Source: Lepidodermella squamata (lineage: Eukaryota; Animalia; Gastrotricha). Taken from it: 64,000 bases of DNA. The notes under the pieces were generated by a model that saw nothing but the letters and a program-made list of their open reading frames with translations, did no database searches and was not told the origin of the DNA. The stretch lies in the NCBI GenBank assembly GCA_047495785.1, contig JBLDXI010000002.1, forward strand, positions 2,728,001-2,792,000, read 5' to 3'. Position 1 is the first letter of the stretch, and every line of letters starts with the position of its first letter. Position numbers and translations under genes: made by a program. This document shows, piece by piece, positions 39,413-49,319 of this stretch.

Positions 39413-40291
39413 ATGGCTTCTCAACTAGCTGCTGAAATGTTGGCCAAGGTCCCCGAAGACCTAGTCGTCGAGTTTCGAAATCAATTCTTCGAAAGATTCA
39501 GCAAAGAGATCGAAAACAAGGAGTTCGACAAGCGAGATGTTGATGAAATGCTCGATGACATCCGAATCAAAGGCTATCTTTACCAAGCTGAGAACAACGT
39601 GAAAGCAGCGTTGAAAACCGCTCGCGAAATGTTTTTATGGCGCAAAGAGCAAAGAATACGTGATGTCAAATTCGAGGACCTAGACCCGAAAACCCTTGGT
39701 TGGATTTTGTACAAGAACAAGGACAACGAAGGCAATAATCTGCTTTGGTTTCTCATTCGACGTCACAAAAAGGGTGAAATGGTTGCCGAAAAGAAGCGGC
39801 TGATTGCGTTTCTTCTGGAGCAGCACTACCAGAAGTTCCCTGGCGAGCCTCTCGTTGCTGTTTTCGATTTAACCGATACCGGTCTCGGCCAGGTCGACAT
39901 GGAATTGCTGCGATTCACCGTGAATTGTTTCGAATGCTACTTCCCATTCCTTGTCAAGCGTTTGATTGCTTACAAAATGCCTATGATCCTCGATTTTATT
40001 TGGAGAATTGTTAAGAATTGGCTCCCAGGTAAATTGAAGTTCGCATCATCGATTTGCTGTACATTTTTGTTCATTTCAGCGAAATCTCAGGACGAAGTCA
40101 AGTTTGTTTCTGACGATACAATCGATGAATTTATTTCCCGTGAAAATCGTTTTACTCACATCGCCAACGGCGCCGATTCGTTTGCTGATGAGCATGCGAA
40201 CGGCGACAAAGTTTTTCTTTCGGATTCCGATTTATATTGTGGTACTCCGCCGAATTGTGCTTCAGTCTTTCAGCCTCGACGCAGCTCGTAA
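39413..40291 (+). CDS. CRAL-TRIO (Sec14-like) domain-only protein, MOSPD2 paralog 1; 51-nt intron 40029-40079
   Basis: KNKDNEGNNLLWF, VFDLTDTGLGQVDM, F..YFP....L.AY.MP..L...W.IVKNWLP; clear similarity to the MOSPD2 N-terminus downstream. Confidence 0.88.
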   Translation: MASQLAAEMLAKVPEDLVVEFRNQFFERFSKEIENKEFDKRDVDEMLDDIRIKGYLYQAENNVKAALKTAREMFLWRKEQRIRDVKFEDLDPKTLGWILYKNKDNEGNNLLWFLIRRHKKGEMVAEKKRLIAFLLEQHYQKFPGEPLVAVFDLTDTGLGQVDMELLRFTVNCFECYFPFLVKRLIAYKMPMILDFIWRIVKNWLPGKLKFASSICCTFLFISAKSQDEVKFVSDDTIDEFISRENRFTHIANGADSFADEHANGDKVFLSDSDLYCGTPPNCASVFQPRRSS

Positions 40292-40463
40292 AGCTGTCTA
40301 TTGACATATCGGGTTTATTTGATGAACTATTTATTTCAAGTTTCACCATTTACTCGTGCAATCTCACTGCCATAATCGTGGAAACTGCTTATTTACTTCT
40401 TTGATCGAATTTACAATATTATTTATGGATATTTATTCGATTTTATTTTAGGTATTTTTTATA

Positions 40464-41258
40464 ATGGTAACAACTGCTGATTTGTTGGCTTCAGTCCCTG
40501 CCGATAAGGTGGCTCAATTCAGGTCCCAGTTTTTCGAGCAGTTCAAGAAGGAAATCGATAGTGGCGTGTTCGATAAGCGAGACGTCGATGAAATGCTGGA
40601 CGATGCCCGAATTCGCTCGTACCTATACATCGCCGACGACGATGTGAAAACTGCACTGAAAAATGCCAAAGAGATGTTCACCTTTCGCAAAGAGCACAAA
40701 GTTCGCGATTTGAAGTTTGAAGACATCCAGAGTTCTGTTAAAACCGGCTGGATTTTCTATCGCAACAAAGATACCGAGGGCAACAATGTGCTGTGGCTTC
40801 CGATAAAACGTAACAAGAAAGGTGTGAATATCGAAGAGCGAAAACGGTTGATTATGTTCATGTTCGAACATCACTACCAAACCTACCGCGGCCAGCCTTG
40901 CACTGTGGTTTTCGACTTGAGCGACTGTGGTTTGAGTAACGCGGATTTGGACCTGACACGTTTCCTGGTCAATTGTTTTCAGCTGTATTTCCCATTCCTC
41001 CTTAACAATTTGGTAGCCTACAACATGCCGTGGATTTTGCAAGGTGTCTGGAAAATTATCAAGGGTTGGTTGTCGCCGCGATCGCAAGATAGAATCAAGT
41101 TTCTAAATGGTGCTGACGTTGAGCCTTTTATCAATCGCGCGAATCGATTTACGAACATCGGCGGTGGCGAAGATACATTTTTGGGCCAACACGCTGAAGG
41201 AGACGCGATTTTCACGACTTTGAGTGATTTATACCTCGCATCGCCTCGTGCTAATTAA
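40464..41258 (+). CDS. CRAL-TRIO domain-only protein, MOSPD2 paralog 2 (intronless CDS)
   Basis: Same motifs (RNKDTEGNNVLW, VFDLSDCGLSNADL, YNMPWILQGVWKIIKGWL). Confidence 0.9.
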   Translation: MVTTADLLASVPADKVAQFRSQFFEQFKKEIDSGVFDKRDVDEMLDDARIRSYLYIADDDVKTALKNAKEMFTFRKEHKVRDLKFEDIQSSVKTGWIFYRNKDTEGNNVLWLPIKRNKKGVNIEERKRLIMFMFEHHYQTYRGQPCTVVFDLSDCGLSNADLDLTRFLVNCFQLYFPFLLNNLVAYNMPWILQGVWKIIKGWLSPRSQDRIKFLNGADVEPFINRANRFTNIGGGEDTFLGQHAEGDAIFTTLSDLYLASPRAN

Positions 41259-41441
41259 TTATTGACCTAATTTATTGACCAACTTCCTATTCCTGTGCCT
41301 TGATTCAAGCTCTTTCATTCAATCAATCCGAGTCAATTTTATTTTTTTGTTCAATCCATATTTTAGCGAGATTTTGTTTTGCCTATCTTAAAATTATTTT
41401 ATTTCAATTTTTTGCGTCATTTGTTTTTGTTAGATTTGATA

Positions 41442-42314
41442 ATGGCTTATCAAACTTCTGCTGAGTTGTTAGCTGAGGTGCCTGACGAATTGATCGGTCA
41501 GTTTCGAACTAAGTTTCTCGAAGAAAATGCGAAAGAAATCGCAGATGGCCTTATCGACCAGCGTGATGTTGATGGGTTGTTGGATGATTTGAGAATTCGT
41601 TGTTTCATCCGATTCGCCATGAATAACTTGGAATCGGCGCTCCGAAATACGAAACGCGTATTTCTGTGGCGAAAAGAGCAGAATATCCGTGATATCAAGT
41701 TGTCCGATTTCCCGGTCGAAGTTTTGCGAGGTTCGGTGTTTTACCGAAACAAAGACCAGTTCGGTAACAACATTTTGTGGGTTCTAATTAAGCGTAACAA
41801 AAAAGGTGAGTTTGACGAAGAGCGGAAGCGTTGCTTCGCCTTTCTGGTCGAACAGCATTTCCAGCGATTCCCCGGCGAGCGTTGCACCATTGTTTTCGAC
41901 TTGACCGACTCGGGTTTGGGCAGCGTTGACATGGAAATTCTCAAGTTTATGATTGCTTGTTTCCAACACCACTTCCCGTTTTTCATTAACAAACTTCTAG
42001 TCTATAACATGCCTTGGATTCTTCAAGGTGTTTGGACCCTGGTCAAAAGCTGGTTACCGGGTGGGTAGTTCTCTTAACATCGCTTGCCTTTCCATCTAAA
42101 TTCTTTAAACTAACATTTCTATAATTTAACAGCCAAGGCCCAGGAAAAAGTCGTGTTTATTAACAACGATTCCATCGATACTTACATTTCTCGAGAAAAT
42201 CGTTTTAAACACATTGCGGATGGGTCGGATGATTTCGCAGAACTCCACGAAGCCGGTGATGCTATTTTCCAATCTTTTTCGGACTTGATCACCGGCACAC
42301 CCCGTAAAGTCTAA
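41442..42314 (+). CDS. CRAL-TRIO domain-only protein, MOSPD2 paralog 3; exons 41442-42060, 42133-42314
   Basis: Same motifs; the spliced C-terminus AKAQEKVVF...ISRENRF...GTPRKV* aligns with the paralogs. Confidence 0.88.
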
Positions 42315-42444
42315 CCAATTCAACGTATTTGACCAGATAACGCTTGCAAATCGATTTCCTATCCACTAATTATTTCATTTTATCATCTTTGATTAATGAA
42401 CTCGGTCTATTCATGTAGGTGTTGAATATTTATTGTAATTAACA

Positions 42445-45400
42445 ATGCCTTCCCTTTCCTCGAGTGATCTGCTGGCCGAAGTACCGAACGATCTGGTCTC
42501 TCAATTCCGCTCTCAGTTTTTCGAGCAGTTCAAGAAAGAAATCGACGGAACTGGTTTCGATAAACGCGATGTCGACGATATGCTCGACGACACTCGCATA
42601 CGCTGTTACCTGGTTGCGGCCGATTGCGACATGAAACTCGCCCTGAAGAACACGAAAGACATGTTTTTGTGGCGAAATGAGCAGAAAGTTCGCGACATTC
42701 AGCTCGCCGAATTCCCGTCCGCCATCCTTCGCGGCTCGATGTTCTTCCGCAACAAGGACGTTCAAGGCAATAATGTGTTCTGGTTCCTGGTCAAACACAA
42801 CAAGAAGGGCGTGATGACCACAGAACGAAAACGCTTCTTCTCGTTTCTGCTCGAGCAGCACTATCAAAAATTCCCGGGCGAGCGCTGTACTGTCGTTTTT
42901 GATCTCACCGATACCGGCCTCGGACAGGTATAAAATGCTTTATTAAAATTATGTTTTGTTGGGTATTGTAGGGCTTATAACGAAAAAGTTAATGAAGTGC
43001 ACTTTCATACATAATTTTTTCATAAAATCGTGTTTTTAGCCAAACTGTGATTGGGAATTGGGGTTAGGGTTAGGATTAGAGTTTGCTTGGGGTTCAGGAT
43101 TAAGGTTAGGTTTAGGGTAGTTCGAGTTTCGGGTTGGATTGGTTCGGTTCGACTAAGTTTAAAGTTTATAGATCCGCGCCGAGTGGGCTTGCTCAGGGTT
43201 CGTGCTTTGTGCGGATCTGTTCTACAGTAAAGTAATAACCATTCGGTTGCTTAGATCATCACCCAAGCAGAGGGCCGGCCGAGCATGTGAGTAGCCCGAG
43301 TCGAGGGTCAGCCATGCCGGGGTGTTCGCTGGTTGAACAGATTGAGAGTTGAGGAACTAGTTGATAGTGTTACTACGGACTTCGGTCGCCACTTGCTAAG
43401 CGAATAGTCGCTAACGGCTCGATGTCGAAAGCAACTTGATTTTTAAAACGAATTGATCGTTCAATTTGGCCTTTTGGCTGCTAGCTTGCTCGCGTGGTGT
43501 TGTATGGTTTCACTGTTGGGCAGCTTGCGCCCTTCGTCTGTGTTGTGGTATGCTGGCTGCCTGAGAGCAGATACGAAGTGCTTTATTTTGGATAACTTCG
43601 AGCTTTTGTCACAGCCCTGGGTCAATGCAACCTTCGATAGCCGCGTTGTCACGGGGTGCCTTTTCCTGGTTAAAGTCGTTTCCAGGTCCATTGTTTTCAG
43701 GTATCGGGTTAACAACCGGTTCATCCTCGTTCGGGACGGGCGGGTTCAAGACAACAGATAATACATAGCCGTCTGGTGGATTGCTCCTTCGATTGCTTAT
43801 TCTAAGGGCCTGAATAGTCGCATCCGGTCACATTCGCCTTCAATCTCCACTTTTTGAACCATGTGGATACTTTCGTTAGCCATGCGGTTGATAGATGAGT
43901 GTGGCTGCTGGTCTTTAGCTGCTCAGGCGACAAAATCTGCGAAAAGTCCATTGGTTACGCTTTTTGGGATCTCTCGAGGCAGGTCGTTCCTGTATAGCAC
44001 ATACAAGATCGGGCTGTGAGCGGTGAGCGGCTGATAAATTCAAGGTACCATCAACCTAGAGCCATGCGAGCCTTGACTATAGAAAAATTAACAAACCCTC
44101 ATCGGTAATTTCAAATGTTGCTTATTTAGTGTAAATGCATAGAAGCGCGAAAAATATAAGCTGGAAGCTATAAGCAGCTATAAGCTTGATTTGAGCCTTG
44201 ACAACTTCTTTACCTTGCCTTACCTTACCGCTACCTTATACCAGGGGTTCTCAAACTGGGGCACGCGTGCGACTTGGGGCATTTTGAAGGGCCGACGGGG
44301 AATGCGTGCGACTTGGGGCACGCCGGCCCATTTTTGTCCGTTTCCAGTTTTCTTGTTTCTCATTCATAAAACGCAAAGCGAACTCTGCATAGACATAATA
44401 TCAGTGTATAGACTGACTACTCACGAGAAAAGAGGTGTAACGCCATGGGCGCCAGATGGTCTGCTGATTCATCAATTTCTTGGAGGCCAAGAATCGGAAA
44501 ATTGAAAATTTCCTCCATCGATTTCTTAGCGATGAAAGTAGGCATTAGGAAGAACCAAACGCCATTAGATAGATCTCTCTAAGAGGAACACGGTCATTAT
44601 TTTTTCAAAATTTCAATGAAGAAAGAACTGCTCAAAAATTGGGAAAGCAGTTTTCGCATTCGGAAATAAGCCGTCCCTTAATTTTTAATTAATTTTACTG
44701 ATTTATTCAATAAACACAAAATTGTATCTTTATCTACCTAGGTTTCTTGGTTTTCATTTCTTTCTTGAAAATGAACACCAACATTAGCTCTATTTTAAAC
44801 CAGTCGCACCGGGTTCTGGTCAAGATGACTCGGAAGATTCATTCTTACTTTTCAGTTATTTTTTGTTGCGTTTTGTTCAAATGAGTGTGAAATACCTACT
44901 CGAACCGAATAAAATCAAGTTAACTGCAAAGAAAAAGAGATATCTGCGTTTTAGATTTAATGGATTTAATAGCGGCCTTGGTCGCGTGCCCCAAATGGGG
45001 GCACCGCCGCGAAAAAGTTTGAGAACCCCTGCCTTATACTGCCGACCTTTTCTGATGCATCTGATGAAAATACGCAGTTCATTTTCAAATAACAATTTAA
45101 CAATTTACTATCTCCATCTTTAACTCATCATCGGCATCGTCTCTTTGGTTTAACGACGAGACGCCGCGGCCCGGGTGTTGAACGCCGGGCCGTCGTCAAG
45201 GCCGCGCGGCCTAGGAAACCGTATTTGAATGGGTGTCGTAGGCGTCGGTGGCGTTGCCGGATAGCCAATGGCATCGTTGACGCCGGGCGTTGTTGGCGTC
45301 GTTGTTGACGTCAACAAACCCATTTCCACATCACTGGAACGTGGTGGGTGGAGGCAAAAACGGCGGGCGATAAACGCCACGGTAAGCTGCCTGAAGTTTT

Positions 45401-47940
45401 GATCTGCCTCGGATGCCTGAAGTAAAACAAAAAAAAACAAGTAAATCACGCCGCATTTTTTTTAATCTCAAGCTCGTCGCGATCGCTTTGTCAGCGCATC
45501 CATTTTAGGGTCGTTGCTGAATGCTCTGAAAGCAGATCATCCAGGGCTGGGCCTCCAGGGATTGTAACCTAGACTGGTCAGACGATCTCGAAAACCGAAC
45601 CGAGAGCCACGCAGAATTGTCTTGCTTAAGGTCCCGTACTAGCATCACGAAACGGAGTACTTGATTCGGCTGTTCGGTTTGATTAGGTTTATAGATCCAC
45701 GCCGAGTGGGCTAGCTCAAAGCTCCCGCCCTAACATCACGAAACGGCTTCGCTAGGCTTCGGGCTTATGCGGAAATTGATCACCTTTCGGTCGCTTATTT
45801 CATCATCCAAGCAGAGGGCTTGTGAGCAGCCCGAGTCGAGGGCCAGCAATGCAGCATAAATAGCTCATTTTCAAAAGTTTAGCAGTCTGGAGCACAAATC
45901 GCTTATTTTTTAAGTGTTTTGAATGTTGGCGAGCTCCATTCGGAGATGTGCGATCAATTTACTGGAATTGTTAAAAAGAGTTCCATTTTGAAGAGGAGCC
46001 ATTTACAGAGAGAAGGAAATTTACAGGGAGAAACAGGGGGAATTGTTAAAAAAGAGTTCCATTTTGAAGAATTTTAAGGGACTATTAGTTTGAATTAGCT
46101 AAAATTTCTGGCTGTCCACAGTTTACCGGCCAACCGGCAGGAATTTGGCTGGCCCACACCCAACCTGTCAGTTTACCGGCCGGTCAACCTGACCTGCTTC
46201 TACCTGTGTTTCAGATGTGTCTTATTTAGCTGAATCAATTGTGCTCAAAAACGAAATCGAATATTGATTATTCAACTAAAAAAATTTGGTTTCAAAATGC
46301 TGAGAATTTTACGATTAATCAGATAATGGGCTTACTAAAATTATGCCAAAGTTAAGCTTTCATAGAAAATCAATGATTTAAACAATGGGCGAATCGGGTT
46401 GAAAATCAAGCGAGCAATTGAACATCATGCTGACTTGAGCAGCTATTGAAAGTAGGACATCATTCTGAACTAATCCTGTTTTTTGTAGATGCGGTCCGAT
46501 TCTTTGAATATTGTCTCATATATTTTTACGATTTTTTTTCTAAATTTTACAAAAATAAGCAAGAAATAGTGTAGTTATGAGTTTTATAATTATTTTTGTT
46601 TTTACTCTTAGGCTGATATGGATGTTCTTCGGTTTATGATCAACTGCTTTCAACACAACTACCCATTTTTCGTCCTCAACCTCATCGTCTACAAAATGCC
46701 GTGGATTCTAGAAGGCGTGTGGAAAATCGTCAAAAGCTGGCTGCCGGCGAAATCGCAAGAAAAAGTCAAATTCGTGTCTGGCGATGCGATCGACGTGTAT
46801 GTATCTCGCGATAATCGATTCACCCACATGGGCAGTGGCACGGATAATTTCACCGAACTGCACGGCGACGGCGACAAGATATTTCTCACCATGTCTGAAT
46901 TGTACACCGGCACGCCGCGAGCTCTCAGCCATCACAACGCGTCCTTCGCCAGTGTCTCGGCGATGATGCTGTCAAATAACGATGCGACGTCGATGGTGGC
47001 GCCCAGTGAGTGCGGAACCCTGACCCTGGCCAACAACGACACTGATCAAATGTTCTCGCAAACTGAGAATCTAAACACCCCGCCTGGTTCCCCCGCGCCG
47101 GAGTTAGCGAGCGAGGCGACCGGGTTAGACCCGGCTTCGACCCCGACGCAAGAACGCCGGGCGACTCAACGTAGCGTGTCTCAAACGCGAAATGAGCCAC
47201 TCCTCGAATTTTCGCCGGATAGCCAGATTGTTTTCGATAAAACAGCCACATCTGCCGAAATCATCGAAGCCTCAGTTTACCTGCGAAACGTCTCATCGTC
47301 CGTTATTGCGTTCAAGGTCAAATCGACCTCAATGACTCGCTATCGCAGCAGACCGTGCGCCGGGTTCATCCAACCCGGCCATTTGCGACACGTTCATATC
47401 TCATGCCGCCACGCAGATCGCGGCTATTTGCCTTCCGATCGATTCCTCGTTCAGTACATGCCCGTCGCCGATCAATCGTCGATTGACGCCAGTGTCCCGC
47501 CCGCGACAGCCGCCTCAAAAGTGCTGTCGTCCCGCGGGCAGGGCGAGCGGATGTTCGAGAAGCGGCTCCTGCCAGTCGCCGCGTCCACCTTAACGCCGGT
47601 GGTCGCGAACGGCGACATGAAGTCGCACGCAACCCCTACGCCGACTTTGCCTCACCGCGAGCAGCAGAGCGCAGCGCAGACGAGATCTGATCATCAAAAC
47701 AACCCGTTGCAACAACAGGTCGAAAAACTGGTCGAGCAAAACGAGAGACTCGCGAAGGAACAGGCGAAGCAGCGACGTTTGTTGCAATATCTGGCGTTTC
47801 TCGTCTCGTTGCAATTTGTTCTCATCCTCGGCTATTGCTTCGTCTTTCACGTGTTTCCCGACGAGTTCCGCAGCTTGACGAAACGCGTCGCCGCTTCGAC
47901 GTGTTCGGCGAAACCCGCTAGTCTTGGCTCCGAGCTTTAA
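42445..47940 (+). CDS. MOSPD2: Motile sperm domain-containing protein 2 (CRAL-TRIO + MSP + coiled coil + C-terminal TM); exons 42445-42927, 46612-47940
   Basis: CRAL-TRIO is split by phase-0 intron 42928-46611 (GLGQ|ADMDVL). MSP domain (LRNVSSSVIAFKVKSTSMTRYRSRP..GFI, DRFLVQ) and TM anchor (LAFLVSLQFVLILGYCFVF). Confidence 0.9.
43059..43119 (+). repeat. Degenerate TTAGGG/GGTTAG-rich tract in the MOSPD2 intron
   Basis: ggggttagggttaggattagagttt...gattaaggttaggtttagggt. Confidence 0.6.
43141..45853. mobile_element. Decayed element bounded by ~170-bp diverged direct repeats (43141-43318 and ~45676-45853)
   Basis: Both copies share tttatagatcc.cgccgagtgggct.gctca, ttcggt.gctta, tcatca.ccaagcagaggg and tgtgag.agcccgagtcgaggg.cagc.atgc. 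Confidence 0.55.
44242..45031. mobile_element. Non-autonomous hAT (Buster/Charlie-type) DNA transposon, 790 bp
   Basis: 16-bp perfect TIRs CAGGGGTTCTCAAACT (44242-44257, 45016-45031); 8-bp TSD CCTTATAC (44234-44241, 45032-45039) with central TA; subterminal ggggcac/gtgcccc repeats; no transposase ORF. Confidence 0.93.
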
Positions 47941-49319
47941 AACACAGAAGAGTATTACCTGCAAAGATTTTATCGACGAACAGAGTTATCTTATACCCAT
48001 GTATTTTCTTCAGAACGCATGATTCTCGACGCTGCTGCTGCCGCTGCTCTTTGATTGCCATATCTCTCTGCGTTTATTAATACACATCTCGCGCTCGTTG
48101 TTATGGTTATTTTTCTTTCTCAAAGCTTGCCCAACAAAAATTATCGGTCGCAGTGCTAATATTACTGTAGATTAACAATGATAATATTATTTTTAAGCGG
48201 AAGAATTGTTGTGAATCGCGAGTTGTGTAGACTAGAAATCGGGCTTGTTACGTTGCAGCTCTAACCTCTTTTTCTTCATGCACAGAAATCCAGCTTAAAA
48301 GTTGTAAGTCTTTTAGAAATGTTATTATTTATTATATATGTGATACGTTAGCAGCTTCATTCATTCTTTATTGCATGGATTCTCTATTTTTACGCCGATT
48401 GATTGCGGTTATCAGCTGCCGAACCGGAAAAATTGAACGAGAAAAATGCGATGATCGTGTCTATTTTTGTGCGAATAATATTAAAAGAAATTATGAAATG
48501 CACCTGCTGTGTAACAATCGAAACAAAGGAATGCTATATATAAAATAATATAATAAAGCAATGTGACAACTGTTTTTTCGCCCGTTTTTTTGCTGGAGGT
48601 CAGTCTACCGTAATGAAAGACCGCGGGTCTCGAGTGCTTTCCACTAGAATGGTTGCTAGAAGCCGGAAAAAACCTCGAGATCACGGGTAGTAATTAGAAA
48701 CAGAATGACGCATCGGTGTTGCCCTTAAGAAGCGGTGCAGTCGCGACAATGGGGCCACCGCCTGAGGATTAACGGCTCGGTAGATAGGTATTTGCTCGGT
48801 AAATACGATGTGATGTTGTGTCGGGTTTTTTCCAGGCCCATTCGCGCGACGTTCTGCTCACCTTTTCACCCGTCATTCGTGACAAGCGCTACCGTTTTGC
48901 TGCCAGTTTATCATTGCGTATATACGATCAACCGAACCTAGCATCAAGTTCGGTGTGCGATTACCCAGCGTTGTTTTGTTGTTAAACATATATTGTCATT
49001 AATTCAACGTTATCGCGGCGCCCTAGCACTATACCTACCCACATCGCGTATTATTTGTCTAACCATGAAATTGTAATGATATCTACTGTCGGATCCAGTC
49101 CGCATAGATACCGCATGTCGGAGTGGCTAGTTCAAAACTCCCTTTATTAACGATATCGCTTACTACATCGCCCTTAACCAGGATGTTGTAGGCAGAAGAC
49201 AATGGCCCTCCTTCCGCATTATGTACCTTGAAGATGCAATGATATATCTGCGTATACTGTCCTTATATTTAGTATTACTCGGATGCTGATGCTCAAGCAT
49301 TGATAGGTTTCTCGAGAAA

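Noticed and set aside
43059-43119. True telomere or chromosome-fusion site
   Set aside because: Short, degenerate and intronic; such GGTTAG tracts are common in invertebrate repeats.
45760-45830. Hammerhead ribozyme in the direct repeats (minus strand TGATGA...GAAA)
   Set aside because: The core reads ATGATGA or GTGATGA rather than CTGATGA, stem II does not pair, and the other copy has GAAT. At most a decayed remnant.
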